A stretch of 64,000 nt of DNA from Candidatus Microgenomates bacterium (GCA_016204995.1 JACQJR010000001.1:473666-537665), one strand, 5' to 3'; shown: positions 9,828 to 20,347, counted from the first letter of the stretch. Numbers and translations: made by a program. The notes: generated by a model from the letters alone, not told the origin.

Positions 9828-10982
9828 TTAATTTGCCCTAGCTTTAATGGCCAAAGGTTGAACGATTTGATTACTAATTTCTACTTGAATCGGGTCGAAT
9901 ATCAAACCTTCTTTCTCTACCATAATTTCATATTGGCCTGGCATTAAAGGGGTGGCGGTTAAAAAGTGGCCGACTTTATTAGTGCGTAAAGCCCGGACTG
10001 GCCGGCCCTCACTGTCTTTAATTTCAATAATGGCCGCTTCAATTACTTTATCTTGGGGATCTATGACTTGGCCAACAATAATGTTGGGAGCAGCCGGAGC
10101 AGGCGGAGGCACAGAGGATATTTCCAGCCTTGGTGCATTTAGACGGGGGCGGCCAGGGCCACGGCGGGGCATCACCTCTGGTCTAAAGACTGGCGATAAT
10201 GGTGAAAAAGGCATAGGCGTAGCACTGGTAAACATGGAAGGAGGATTTTGGGGAGGAGGGGGCGCCACCTGAACCGGTGCATTATAGGGTACAGTAGTCA
10301 CTTTTTGATTGAGCCAGACAGGAATTTGGGTTGGGGGTTGTGGGTTAGGAGTTATGGGTGGAGAAGGTGGGGCGTATTGGGTTTGCAGTGATGGTTCAAT
10401 CGCGGAAGTCTGTGCTGCCTGAACTGGTTCTACCTCTTGGACAGGCTGGACCGATTGGGGTGCCGATGTTGGCCGCAGGCCCTGAGCGGAGTCGAAGGGT
10501 GATTTGACAGTAGGAAATAAAGAAAGCATTTTTTGGAAAAATGATCGTTCTTTTTCTTCCAGGCTAGAAACAGCTGGTTCTTCAGAAGTAGCAGGGGTGG
10601 CTAGATAAATTTCCGCCGCTTGCTCTCCGCCAGGCGTGGCCGCTATTTGCATGACCGAGACCGGCCCGGTTTCCGGCGCAAAGGTGTCAAAAGCGGCTCC
10701 TTTTTGCCAGGCAAATTTAGTAGGAGAATAAATGGCCCGCAAAAAGGCCACAAACCACATTGATAAGGGCCGATCTTCAATCGGCAGGAAAGCAAAGGCG
10801 ACGCCTAAACCGCTAAACAAAAAAATAATTGGCCATTTGATAAAACCGGGTAAAGGCGAAGCGTAAAAAAGCAAAGCCACTAAGGCGCCACCAGCCACTT
10901 GAAAGAACTGCTTTAAGGTCATGTCGCCGACCAAACGGAACTCATAACTGGCAATATTTTGCGGTACCGGGTGCTGCTGCAT
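9828..10982 (-). CDS. PrgI-family protein with Pro-rich linker and C-terminal carboxypeptidase-regulatory-like domain
   Basis: QHPVPQNIASYEFRLVGDMTLKQF plus two TMs; C-terminal GQVIDPQ...RTNKVGHF...GQYEI. Confidence 0.82.
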   Translation of the reverse strand: MQQHPVPQNIASYEFRLVGDMTLKQFFQVAGGALVALLFYASPLPGFIKWPIIFLFSGLGVAFAFLPIEDRPLSMWFVAFLRAIYSPTKFAWQKGAAFDTFAPETGPVSVMQIAATPGGEQAAEIYLATPATSEEPAVSSLEEKERSFFQKMLSLFPTVKSPFDSAQGLRPTSAPQSVQPVQEVEPVQAAQTSAIEPSLQTQYAPPSPPITPNPQPPTQIPVWLNQKVTTVPYNAPVQVAPPPPQNPPSMFTSATPMPFSPLSPVFRPEVMPRRGPGRPRLNAPRLEISSVPPPAPAAPNIIVGQVIDPQDKVIEAAIIEIKDSEGRPVRALRTNKVGHFLTATPLMPGQYEIMVEKEGLIFDPIQVEISNQIVQPLAIKARAN

Positions 10983-10989
10983 AAAAGTT

Positions 10990-11100
10990 TAAAATTCGAA
11001 GCACGAATATCGAAGCTCGAAACAAATTCTAATGTTTTGAATTTTAAATATTTGAAACTTAAATATTGTTTCGGATTTCGGATTTAGGATTTCGTGCTTA
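10990..11100. repeat. Periodic inverted-repeat element, subfamily B (empty)
   Basis: aaattcgaagcacgaatatcgaagctcgaaacaa ... ttgtttcggatttcggatttaggatttcgtgctta; complementary arms with 7-nt period. Confidence 0.85.
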
Positions 11101-11192
11101 TATTCTAAGGTATCATATGAAACGCAAGATGCAAGTTTTGTAAATTTACACGGAAGTTGCGGGTAGAGTACACTTAGGTCATATTTGAGACC

Positions 11193-11723
11193 TTGGGCAT
11201 ATTATTGTTACTCTTAGTGGCTTTATTTTTTATGCTGCCGTATTTGCGCAGCGGCACGAAATTCGGCGCGCCGTTTGTACCAATGGGTAAAGATGTGGTA
11301 GCGCGGGTGATGAAATTAGGAGAAGTAGGTCCGGGTAAAAAGTTTTATGATTTAGGATCAGGTGATGGCCGGTTGGTGATTGCCGCAGCCATGTTGGGAG
11401 CAGAGGCGGTAGGGGTGGAAATTGATGCGATCCGGGTTCTTTATTCAAGGCTGTGGTTAAAAGTGTTGGGTATTAAGAATGCCAGAATTATTAAGGGAAA
11501 TTTGTTTGATCAGGATTTAAGTAGCGCTGATATTGTCAGTCTGTATCTACTAGAAGAAACTAACGAAAAGTTAAAACCCAAACTGGAAGAAGAATTAAAA
11601 CCAGGAACGCCAGTAGTAGCCACCGGTTTTCCTATTCCCGGTTGGAAGCCAATTAAAGTTGATCCCCATGGTCCAGTCTACGGACCGATATACTTTTATA
11701 AAAAGATAAATTCTAAGCACTAA
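11193..11723 (+). CDS. Class I SAM-dependent methyltransferase
   Basis: APFVP, YDLGSGDGR, GVEID motifs. Confidence 0.9.
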   Translation: MGILLLLLVALFFMLPYLRSGTKFGAPFVPMGKDVVARVMKLGEVGPGKKFYDLGSGDGRLVIAAAMLGAEAVGVEIDAIRVLYSRLWLKVLGIKNARIIKGNLFDQDLSSADIVSLYLLEETNEKLKPKLEEELKPGTPVVATGFPIPGWKPIKVDPHGPVYGPIYFYKKINSKH

Positions 11724-12169
11724 GCCCTAAATTCTAAATAAATTAGAATGATCAAACAGCAAAATTCAAAACAATATGATTTAGAAGAGAGGACGCTAAA
11801 TTTTGCTAAAAGAGTGAGGTTGTTTGTCGTTAAGTTTCCTAAAACAATTAGTAATATTGAAGATGGAAAACAACTAGTAAGATCTTCAGGATCGGTAGGA
11901 GCAAATTATATAGAAGCAAATGAGTCTTTAAGTAAAAAGGATTTTGTAATGAGAATTAAGATTTGTCGCAAAGAAGCAAAAGAAAGTAGGTATTGGTTAT
12001 TGTTAATTGAACCCTTAGAAGAAAATAGAAAAGAAAAAGACGAATTATTACAAGAAGCAATGGAATTAACAAAAATTTTCGGCTCAATTGTAGAAAAATC
12101 TAGAGTTTGAAAATTTGTTAAATTTGAAATTGAATATTATTTAGGATTTAGATATTAGAATTTAGGATT
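11708..12169 (+). mobile_element. Four-helix-bundle gene cassette bounded by subfamily B inverted arms
   Basis: Left arm aaattctaagcactaagccctaaattctaaata; right arm tatttaggatttagatattagaatttaggattt; mobility is inferred. Confidence 0.55.
11748..12110 (+). CDS. Four helix bundle protein (TIGR02436 / 23S rRNA IVP family)
   Basis: YDLEERT...QLVRSSGSVGANYIEA...SKKDF...ICRKEAKESRYWL. Confidence 0.92.
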   Translation: MIKQQNSKQYDLEERTLNFAKRVRLFVVKFPKTISNIEDGKQLVRSSGSVGANYIEANESLSKKDFVMRIKICRKEAKESRYWLLLIEPLEENRKEKDELLQEAMELTKIFGSIVEKSRV

Positions 12170-13120
12170 TTAGAGTGTATCTGCACATGGTTGGCAGATC
12201 TTGCACGGACCTACTTCGCGGCTTTTATTACAGACTCGGCAAACTCCAAAATGCCATCCTTCCTCATGTGTTGCTGTTTTCAAACTGCCATCAGCATTCA
12301 TTTGATAATAATTAAATTCATATCCTTGCATTAATTCTAAATTAGAAATACCGCAGCCAAATTTTTTAGTATCCATTCTCCACCCCATTTCCATCATTTG
12401 TCTTTCTGCCAAAGCTCCAGCCAGTAAATAATCGTAATTAGTTTGGGCTTCACTAATAAGAGAGATTACTGCTTGGGTAATTGAGCGCGCATCTTGTTTG
12501 GCTACTTCCTTAATTTTTTCCGGAGCGGCGGTTTTAATGGCTTGCCAGATTTGGGGTAAGGGAATAAGATTTTCCAAAAAGGTAAATTCGTCATCCGGTC
12601 TGGGAAGGTGAAAAGTCATGCTTCTGATATCTTTAATATTGGTAATCGGCGGATAGGGCATGGGTGATAAATCGGTAATTTTCCTGGCTATGTCTATATA
12701 TTTTTCCTCAATCCATGAATCAATAGGAATGCCCCAACAATTAATAATTTTCCCTGAAAGGGCCCCTTCGGGGTTGGTGGTGCTGATACCAACTACTAAT
12801 CTACCTTCTGGATAGGGTTTAGGCGGGCTGAACCAGATGGCTAGGCTATCTTCTTTTTGGCCTAGAAAATAATTTTTAAACATTAATGCAGCCAGAGCTG
12901 TCTCGCGGTCTAATTCTGTCTCCCAGGCACAACCTTCTACTAAATCTCTATCATTTTCATTAACCAGTTGATCTTGGTTTACCTTTAACTGATAAGGATT
13001 AATTCGTTGATCTGGGGGAACATCATTAACTTCAATTGCGAGAGATGCTAAATCATCCACCAGTTGGAAGGAAGAAGCTTTCTGATATAAACTGGTATCA
13101 AAGGCCAGACGTTCAGCCAT
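12170..13120 (-). CDS. Hypothetical protein with C-terminal Cys cluster
   Basis: 316-aa ORF ending CRVC...GPCKICQPC. Confidence 0.75.
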   Translation of the reverse strand: MAERLAFDTSLYQKASSFQLVDDLASLAIEVNDVPPDQRINPYQLKVNQDQLVNENDRDLVEGCAWETELDRETALAALMFKNYFLGQKEDSLAIWFSPPKPYPEGRLVVGISTTNPEGALSGKIINCWGIPIDSWIEEKYIDIARKITDLSPMPYPPITNIKDIRSMTFHLPRPDDEFTFLENLIPLPQIWQAIKTAAPEKIKEVAKQDARSITQAVISLISEAQTNYDYLLAGALAERQMMEMGWRMDTKKFGCGISNLELMQGYEFNYYQMNADGSLKTATHEEGWHFGVCRVCNKSREVGPCKICQPCADTL

Positions 13121-13281
13121 AGTTCCTGCTCGGGATAAATTAAGAAGTTGCTAGTTTTCTGGCTATAACAGTTGCGGCACAGCTCCGGAATTACACCGGA
13201 ATTCCTTCAACACAACTTCGTTATTGACTATGTCAAAGATAGAATTGACTGTCAAGGGGGTTTTCGTGTTAAAATGCAGAC

Positions 13282-15681
13282 ATGGATGAAACTGCCCAAG
13301 ATAATCCTATGAGCATAGAACAACCACGATCAATTGAAGAAGCTCAAGTGGCTAAAGCCGTAGAACAGGCTTCTGGTTTTGAGCAGTTCCGCCGCGCCGG
13401 CGAAATAAAATCTCCTGCAGATTTAGCACCAAGTGTCCAGGCGGTGAAAGGTGTAGAAAATATGGCACAACAAGTCGAATCAGATGAAGAGAGGAGTAGG
13501 CGTGAACAAGCAGAAAGAGAGTTTGCGGAGTTAACTCATTTAGAATCGTTAACAGCGGAGCGCTCTTTCAGAAAAATAGAGAGAGCATCAGTAGAGGAGT
13601 TGGAATATTATTCTCCAGAACAAGTAGGGCTTCTTTTCTTAAGAAAAATTGAGAATACATTAGTGGCATTACAGGAATACGGGAAAATGCCTGAAGATTT
13701 TAGATGGGTTTCTCAAAGCGAGTTAAGAGAATTAGAAAAAGTTATCCAAACATTAGAAGAATTACCAACCTCCACTGTTCAGCAAAGAATACGGCAAGGT
13801 TATCCCGAAATAAGGATGGAGCATTTAGTTAAGATGGGAAATGAGCAATTGGGAGATTATATCAAAATAGATCGGGCTTTAAAAATATATCGTAGTTTAC
13901 AGGAAGCGGTTGTTTTAGAGCCCAGAGAATTGAGGCTGCAACAAGCTTTAGAAGCTACTATACTGGTCGCTGCCAAAAAAGAGGGTGTAGAAAGAGAAAA
14001 TAAGGAAGAATCCATTAGTGAGTTGGATAAGTTGGTTAGGCGAAAAGTACAAGATGCGATAAAAGAAACTTTTGGTAGTAGAGCAGAAAAGCTTAAGGCA
14101 TTAGAAAAAGCTATGATTGGTTTTAATCATATTGTAGAGTTTTATGGTGAGGTGCAAAAACCTTTGTCTGCGGAGGTTAGAGAATATCATCATTTTGTAG
14201 GAAATGCTGCTAGAAGGGATAAGGTTGTTCCAACAGGATCTGACTACAAGGGTTTGTTCTTCGCACCCGAGCTTTTGCCTGATACCCCCCCCCTAAGCCA
14301 ATTAATAGAAGGAACATTAAGGCCTTTACTTGATGTAGTAATGGGTGAGGAGGAGAATATGCCCAATATATATATTAGAGAACCATCTGCGGAAAAAAGG
14401 AGACAGCTTTTAGAATTTTTAGAGAATAAATTATTTTATGATCAACATTTAAATGATAAAGAGATTGTTATTGATCCTTCTAAAGAGATGCACAAACATC
14501 TTGCAAATGTAGCTGCTAGGATCGCATTATTATTAATTCATCATTGGGATGTTCATGAATCAGCTGTTTGTGCTGCAGAATATGGTGAAGAAGGCAAGTT
14601 TAAAAAAATTACCGTAGAAACAAGTTACGGTGATCAATACAAAATGCAGTTTCCTGCTGCTAGAGCTATTGGGGAATGGAAAGCATTTCGTTCCCCCTTT
14701 GGCAATCCCGCCTATACCGGAGCAATGTTTGCCCTGACCGATAATTATCTTAAGGTAGTAGCTCCTTTGCTAGAAAGTAATGATGGTATTTCGTTGAGAG
14801 TGTCCTTATGGGATTTAATAAAAACCCATGGTTTTAGTTTAAAAGATGTGCCTTGGCTGGGAGAAGATTTAATAATTGATCCAAATGAGTTAATAATTAA
14901 AGAAGAAAAAGATGAAGGTAAGATAACTGCGCAAAGGCTTCCTTTAAATCTTAGAACTAACCTTCAAAATATTAAATATAGAGGTGAATCCAAAAATTGG
15001 AAGAAGATGACTGGTTTTCGAGAGGATTCGTTAGCAGTACCTTGGGGATTACATCTTGCCTATCTAGGTGCCTTTTATGATGCCATGACCACCACAAATT
15101 TTGCTAAATTACTAGAAAATATGGGCAATGTGGATTTTTGGGATGATTTTAATAAAGGCTTTGATATAGGGTCCAAAATTTATTTAAGTTCTAGGGGTCT
15201 TAACGAAGAAACAATATTTAAATTAATGCTAATTGCCAAAATTAATTTAGTGGCAGGTATAAATGCTGCTATACAAGATAAGCAAATGATTACAGATGTT
15301 GAATTACGTCGTTTGCGGACCAGGCATGGTGGTGGTGCCGGTTTAAGTGAGCAAGAAATCTTTGATGCTATTTTTAAAAGTGGTTTTTTAGCAGAGAGCA
15401 TGAATGTGGTAAAAATTGGCCAAAGTGAATACCCTATAAATATTGATGTTAGAAATTTAATAAATAATGTTAAAAAACAAAAGAGGGGTATTGTTCCAGG
15501 AGATGTATTAATAAAAGATTTGTTTAGTAATATAGAAATACAGCAAATAGAAAATAGTAAAGTCTATAGACCATACCGCTTACATCGTGAAAAAGAGTTT
15601 ACCGATCAAAAAGGAAAAGATCCTCTTTATATTATTGACGCTCTTGAGGATGCTATCGCTAATCCTCTAGATAGGGCTTGA
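13282..15681 (+). CDS. Large hypothetical protein, acidic and helical
   Basis: 799-aa ORF with extended -10 (TGTTAAAAT) 6 nt upstream; no recognised motif. Confidence 0.8.
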   Translation: MDETAQDNPMSIEQPRSIEEAQVAKAVEQASGFEQFRRAGEIKSPADLAPSVQAVKGVENMAQQVESDEERSRREQAEREFAELTHLESLTAERSFRKIERASVEELEYYSPEQVGLLFLRKIENTLVALQEYGKMPEDFRWVSQSELRELEKVIQTLEELPTSTVQQRIRQGYPEIRMEHLVKMGNEQLGDYIKIDRALKIYRSLQEAVVLEPRELRLQQALEATILVAAKKEGVERENKEESISELDKLVRRKVQDAIKETFGSRAEKLKALEKAMIGFNHIVEFYGEVQKPLSAEVREYHHFVGNAARRDKVVPTGSDYKGLFFAPELLPDTPPLSQLIEGTLRPLLDVVMGEEENMPNIYIREPSAEKRRQLLEFLENKLFYDQHLNDKEIVIDPSKEMHKHLANVAARIALLLIHHWDVHESAVCAAEYGEEGKFKKITVETSYGDQYKMQFPAARAIGEWKAFRSPFGNPAYTGAMFALTDNYLKVVAPLLESNDGISLRVSLWDLIKTHGFSLKDVPWLGEDLIIDPNELIIKEEKDEGKITAQRLPLNLRTNLQNIKYRGESKNWKKMTGFREDSLAVPWGLHLAYLGAFYDAMTTTNFAKLLENMGNVDFWDDFNKGFDIGSKIYLSSRGLNEETIFKLMLIAKINLVAGINAAIQDKQMITDVELRRLRTRHGGGAGLSEQEIFDAIFKSGFLAESMNVVKIGQSEYPINIDVRNLINNVKKQKRGIVPGDVLIKDLFSNIEIQQIENSKVYRPYRLHREKEFTDQKGKDPLYIIDALEDAIANPLDRA

Positions 15682-15707
15682 AAATCGTTTTTATTTAATT
15701 ACCTAAC

Positions 15708-17093
15708 CTATCCAAAGAATCTTCTTGTTACACCTTGTGTTATACCGCCCAAAGCTTGTTGGATTTGTGCTTGAGCTTGGGGTAGTTGTATAGGAATAGG
15801 TTTCGTGCCAAGTAGTTGATTAATTATATCTGGTATAGTAGGCAGAAGCATAACAGCTCCTAATCCAATCATACCCTGAATTATAGTTGCTCCTCCTCCT
15901 ACGTAAGGGGGTGTCCATAATGCTCCTCCTGCTTGTCCTACTAACTCAATTAAAACTCCGGTTAAAAAAATAATTATTCCAACTGTTGGAAAAACAAGAA
16001 CATTTGCTAAAACTCCTCTTAACCATGAATTCCATATTCCTTCTCCGCGTATAGCTCCCCACAGTATAAAAAGAGGAGCTAGTATAAGGTAAAATAATAG
16101 AAGTAGATAGGATCTAGCAAGAGCGAATAATACGCGAATAAGAAAGAATAAAACTGCGAGTATAAGCATAAGTAGAACTGGTAAAAATGGACTGGCAACC
16201 GCCCCAATCGCTTGCCCTAGAGTAAGTACGGTGCCAGCGGCTGAAGGTATTTTTGTCAATAGTAATACTACAGCTGCTAGTATGCCAGCTATTGCCGCTC
16301 CAATACCTGCCGATAGTCCCCCTAATCCTTGAGCAATATTCCAAGCCCCCCCCATTCCTTGGCTAGAGATGAATCCTATTGTTTGGGCAAAACCCGCTGA
16401 TGTATATTCCTGATATCTAGCTGAGGGATCAATTATGACAGTGAGACCTGTAGAGTGTAAACCAAATACCAGTAAGCCAAAGCCCAAGTATGTCAGATCG
16501 ATTATAAATCCCACAATAGCATAAGAGAATGTTACAAATATGAGGGCTATAACAATACGAGGTAAAGCTGATTGTATGGTGATAACTGCTTGAGGGGAAA
16601 TCTTAGTGCGTAGCATAATAGCTACACCAAAACCTACTGCTGCTATCACGAAAAGTAAGTAGGTAAAATTCCTGGTGGCACTCCAAGCCATTTGAAATGG
16701 GTTAATAGCATTAAAGCCAAATCCGGTTTGGGCGTAAGCTGGTTGAACTATATTCATTCGTCGTCCCAGATCTGCTAGGTAACTCACGCCCGAGGCTGGT
16801 GGGTGTGTAACCATGCCTGCTATAGCGTTTCCGGTAGCAGGTATAGCGCCTATTTTCAACTCATCTGGACAGGTTTCATTAGCACACCCTACTAACATAG
16901 TTGTTAATCCTCCCATTAATCCTGTTAGGCTTTGGAAATCAAAGCTTTCTTTGTTATATTGATTCTTTGATATATTTAGCTGGAAATCTCCTAAATTAAG
17001 AGTGCCAATAGTTGCATAGGCAGGTGAGGTTGTGAACAAGAGTCCAAAAATAAAGATTAAAATAATTACTTTCCAGTTTTTAAGAATATTCAT
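15708..17093 (-). CDS. Polytopic membrane protein, VirB6/TrbL-like
   Basis: Multiple TMs with TIQSALPRIVIALIFVTFSYAIVGFIIDL; located next to pilins and VirB4. Confidence 0.65.
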   Translation of the reverse strand: MNILKNWKVIILIFIFGLLFTTSPAYATIGTLNLGDFQLNISKNQYNKESFDFQSLTGLMGGLTTMLVGCANETCPDELKIGAIPATGNAIAGMVTHPPASGVSYLADLGRRMNIVQPAYAQTGFGFNAINPFQMAWSATRNFTYLLFVIAAVGFGVAIMLRTKISPQAVITIQSALPRIVIALIFVTFSYAIVGFIIDLTYLGFGLLVFGLHSTGLTVIIDPSARYQEYTSAGFAQTIGFISSQGMGGAWNIAQGLGGLSAGIGAAIAGILAAVVLLLTKIPSAAGTVLTLGQAIGAVASPFLPVLLMLILAVLFFLIRVLFALARSYLLLLFYLILAPLFILWGAIRGEGIWNSWLRGVLANVLVFPTVGIIIFLTGVLIELVGQAGGALWTPPYVGGGATIIQGMIGLGAVMLLPTIPDIINQLLGTKPIPIQLPQAQAQIQQALGGITQGVTRRFFG

Positions 17094-17135
17094 GCTTTAA
17101 TTATACATTGTCAATTTTCAATTATGAATTAGCTG

Positions 17136-18578
17136 TTATCTACTAACTTCATCATACCAGTTTTTTAAGTTGTTGACAAAGTTGGGGTTATTAGCACAGA
17201 TTGGTTGAACTTGGGGACCGCAGAAATATTTCATCCATTCGGTAAAGTCGTTAGGATGTTCTATAGAAGTGAAATTTATAAAGCAGTTTAATGATTTATC
17301 AAAGGGTACGCGTTGACTAGTATCGCCGTTAGGAAAACAGCCAAATTCACTGTATCCTCCAGTGACCGGGATAGCGCCGCCGGCTGCACTTTCTTCAATC
17401 CAAATAGCCATGGTAAAAGCCGGATTGACGCCAGCTGATCGGGACCGGCTGACAACAGTATCCCAATAATCAAAAATTTTACTGTTGGGCCAATTTTGTA
17501 AAACCCGCTGGATTAATCTTTGTTTAGTCTCATTAGAAATAATAAAATTGGCATCGCGATAGGGAAGAGTATAAGTTAAACCAGTGCCGGTATTGGTGGT
17601 AGTACCGCCATTGTCAGTAGTCCCGCCAGAACTTACTAAATATTGCAGTTCTTGGGGATAAAGAGATTGTTTAAGTAAAGTTTCCCCTTGCCTGGCTCCG
17701 GCCACGCCTCTAAAGGCAATTTTTATATCTTTAGTATCATTGCCTATAGCATAGTCTGTGTTTACTAATTCATCTACTTGTTTAGGGCATAAATTTTCTG
17801 GACAGAAGCTTCTTAGAAAACCCATTTCTTCTGATGTTTGTCTGGCAAATGCTGCTTCTCCTTGAAGGAACTTTTGAGGCTTGATAATGACTGAGGCGAC
17901 TTGGGATTGTCCAGGTAAGAAACCCTTGACGATCTCAATAATTTTTTCCAACCAACTAAATTTAACATTAGTGAAAGTTCCATGTGTTTCGGTATCAACA
18001 CTACTATTTGAAGTAATTCCGGCTAATTCGGGAGGGCAATTAGGAAGTTCCTGGTTTCCATCAGGAATGGAGGAGGGAGAATTTGGCAAAGATAATTCTA
18101 CATCGGAAGAATTGCCTGGTACACCAATGGCTTGATTTAATTTAGTGGCACCAATTAATTTAGACCAATAATCCGGCGCAGAGAATTCTTTACTACCCTT
18201 AGCTTCTGCAGATTTTTCTCCTTGAGTTTTGCAGCCGGGGTTATAAATGACTCCTTTTAAATTTGTATTTGCTTCTGGTAATTTTAGTTTTTGTAGCTGG
18301 TCATCTGGTAATAAAAAGGGTAAGGCTCGGGTAGCAGTATTAGTTAAGTCATTAAGGTCAGGAAACTTTACCTTATCCCTGGGTCCGACATTAACTTCTG
18401 TGGGAGGATGTTTAACTGTAACCGCCCCTGGTGTGCCTTCAGCTACCACACTATCTCCCAAGGGTATGTTTTCTCCGAAGGTGGGAGTGTCAGCGCTCGT
18501 ATCAATTTCTTCAGCATAAACAGGAATGGTAAGCAGTAGGCAATAAGTAATAAGCGATAAAATAAATAAGAAGCGCAT
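17136..18578 (-). CDS. Secreted protein with possible C-terminal lysozyme-like domain
   Basis: Signal peptide; AGVNPAFTMAIWIEES resembles the catalytic helix of the lysozyme superfamily. Confidence 0.6.
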   Translation of the reverse strand: MRFLFILSLITYCLLLTIPVYAEEIDTSADTPTFGENIPLGDSVVAEGTPGAVTVKHPPTEVNVGPRDKVKFPDLNDLTNTATRALPFLLPDDQLQKLKLPEANTNLKGVIYNPGCKTQGEKSAEAKGSKEFSAPDYWSKLIGATKLNQAIGVPGNSSDVELSLPNSPSSIPDGNQELPNCPPELAGITSNSSVDTETHGTFTNVKFSWLEKIIEIVKGFLPGQSQVASVIIKPQKFLQGEAAFARQTSEEMGFLRSFCPENLCPKQVDELVNTDYAIGNDTKDIKIAFRGVAGARQGETLLKQSLYPQELQYLVSSGGTTDNGGTTTNTGTGLTYTLPYRDANFIISNETKQRLIQRVLQNWPNSKIFDYWDTVVSRSRSAGVNPAFTMAIWIEESAAGGAIPVTGGYSEFGCFPNGDTSQRVPFDKSLNCFINFTSIEHPNDFTEWMKYFCGPQVQPICANNPNFVNNLKNWYDEVSR

Positions 18579-18579
18579 G

Positions 18580-18693
18580 TTTTAAATTTCTAATTACTAA
18601 TTTTTAATTTCTAATCAAATTCCAAGATTGGGAAATTTCCCCAATTAGGATTTATTTAGATTAATTAGAATAATTAGGTCAATTAGGTTAATT
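18580..18693. repeat. Periodic intergenic element, subfamily A (empty)
   Basis: 18581-18620 is identical over 40 nt to 19849-19888. Confidence 0.9.
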
Positions 18694-19023
18694 CTATTGT
18701 GTTACTTTAAATATCGTTACGTCTACTCCGGTAAACTCTTTGATAAATTGAAGAATAAGGAAGGCCGAGATAATAACCACAAATCCAATTAAAGCATAAG
18801 TTAAAGTTTGTTTGGCGCCTTCCACTCCTTGTTTATCGCCGCCGGCAGTTAAGAATTTAAACCCTCCACTAATTAACATGATAAAAAGAGCAATACCAGC
18901 TAGAGCTATGGCAATGGTAACTACATTGGAAAAAATTACCTCTAACCCTTTTATAGTAGCTACGCCGTTTTCAGTAGCTCCGGGTACATCTTCTAACTTT
19001 GTTTGCGCCAAATAATTAACCAT
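18694..19023 (-). CDS. TrbC/VirB2-like pilin
   Basis: TM-GGFKFLTAGGDKQGVEGAKQTLTYALIG-TM. Confidence 0.85.
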   Translation of the reverse strand: MVNYLAQTKLEDVPGATENGVATIKGLEVIFSNVVTIAIALAGIALFIMLISGGFKFLTAGGDKQGVEGAKQTLTYALIGFVVIISAFLILQFIKEFTGVDVTIFKVTQ

Positions 19024-19112
19024 TAATTTAGTGTATCAATAGCTTAGGCAAGAAGCAAGTCATGACAGTGAGTTATGTTGAAATACTTATAGTAGTGAGC
19101 AACGCCGAACTA

Positions 19113-19502
19113 TTAAGGTTTAAGGCTGGGGATAGATAGATTAAGAATGTTGATGCCGAATAGGGCGTTAATTAATTGTAAGATGGCCCAAGCGGAAAAG
19201 ACAATGACCAATCCCACGAGAGCGGCGGTAATTTGACCTCTGGCGCCTTCAGTAGCTTGTTTATCCCCTCCGGACATAATCCAGCGGATACCGCCAATTA
19301 CTAAAATGAAAAAGAAAACTAAAGCGGCAATAACTAAAGTTAAGCTGACTAATCCAGAAACTACGCTAGCAGGAGTTAATTTACCAAGAGGCTCAAAATC
19401 TCCTTTAGCATTAAGATCAATTTTATCGGCAGCAAATGCGGGTAAGGCTGATAATAAAAAAGCCGCTCCGGTAGCGGTGGCGGTTTGCAGGGTTCTTTTC
19501 AT
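19113..19502 (-). CDS. TrbC/VirB2-like pilin
   Basis: Signal peptide; GGIRWIMSGGDKQATEGARGQITAALVG. Confidence 0.85.
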   Translation of the reverse strand: MKRTLQTATATGAAFLLSALPAFAADKIDLNAKGDFEPLGKLTPASVVSGLVSLTLVIAALVFFFILVIGGIRWIMSGGDKQATEGARGQITAALVGLVIVFSAWAILQLINALFGINILNLSIPSLKP

Positions 19503-19517
19503 AGTTACAATTAAATT

Positions 19518-19841
19518 TTATAAGGCCAATTTGCTAATGTCAAGAACTAAAATATTTATGTCAAAAAGTCCTTCTAGCAGGGTGGCTAAGGCAAAAACGG
19601 TAAAAACGATAAATAAACCAATTAAAGCGCTCGTCAGATGGCCGCGGGCTGATTCCACTTTTTGTTTGTCGCCGCCAGCCGTCATCCAAGAAATACCGCC
19701 TAAGAGCATCATAAAGATAAAGATAATAGCGGCTATGACTAAAGTAACTGTAATCAGCATCGGCAAAAGTTTAGCAAAAAAGTCCTCTCCTGACAGATTC
19801 TGTAAATCTTTATTTAATAAGGGATTAGTAACGCCTTTCAT
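19518..19841 (-). CDS. TrbC/VirB2-like pilin
   Basis: GGISWMTAGGDKQKVESARGHLTSALIG. Confidence 0.85.
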   Translation of the reverse strand: MKGVTNPLLNKDLQNLSGEDFFAKLLPMLITVTLVIAAIIFIFMMLLGGISWMTAGGDKQKVESARGHLTSALIGLFIVFTVFALATLLEGLFDINILVLDISKLAL

Positions 19842-19848
19842 AATTATA

Positions 19849-20340
19849 TTTAAATTTCTAATTACTAATTTTTAATTTCTAATCAAATCCCAATTCGGAA
19901 ATTATTTAGAACAATGAGAAATTAGGTTGATTTCTTTTCTGCTTTAGTTTATTAACTATTGAATTAAAAATCAAGTTTAATTCTTTAGCTTCTTGCCAAA
20001 TGATTTTTGCTTCATCTTTTAATTCTGGAACAGCTATAGGAATTATTCTTAGCCAATGCTTTACCTCTCTAGCTTCCTTTTTACATATACCAATTTTATG
20101 TTTAAAATCATCTCTGCTTTCTGCATCATCAGCTTCGCAATAATTTGCGCCTACGCTCGTTCCCGCCTTAACAAGCTGGGTTATTAATGGATCGGTGGTA
20201 GGACTTCTTGGAATTTTTCTACAAAATTTAATAATTTCCTCTCCAAATTTAGCTGTTCTTTCTTCCAGATCATATTGAAACTTTGTGTCATTGGGCATTC
20301 TTTAGATCAATTAGAAATTAGGTCAATTAGAGTAATTTAA
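19849..20340 (-). mobile_element. Four-helix-bundle gene cassette inside subfamily A arms
   Basis: Left arm identical to the empty element at 18581; right arm tttagatcaattagaaattaggtcaattagag matches the right arms of empty copies; mobility is inferred. Confidence 0.6.
19906..20298 (-). CDS. Four helix bundle protein (TIGR02436 / 23S rRNA IVP family)
   Basis: YDLEERTAKFGE...QLVKAGTSVGANYCEADDAESRDDF...ICKKEAREVKHWL. Confidence 0.92.
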   Translation of the reverse strand: MPNDTKFQYDLEERTAKFGEEIIKFCRKIPRSPTTDPLITQLVKAGTSVGANYCEADDAESRDDFKHKIGICKKEAREVKHWLRIIPIAVPELKDEAKIIWQEAKELNLIFNSIVNKLKQKRNQPNFSLF

Positions 20341-20347
20341 TTCTCCT

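Noticed and set aside
19306-19875. Long antisense or alternate-frame ORFs (e.g. 19306..19875, 41253..41732, 51089..51541, 57195..57803)
   Set aside because: They shadow well-supported genes and have no motifs or initiation signals.
11748-20298. Four-helix-bundle genes as the Avd of a DGR
   Set aside because: Motifs fit the TIGR02436/IVP group and neither gene has an adjacent RT or template repeat. A link to the target at 62294 is unsupported.
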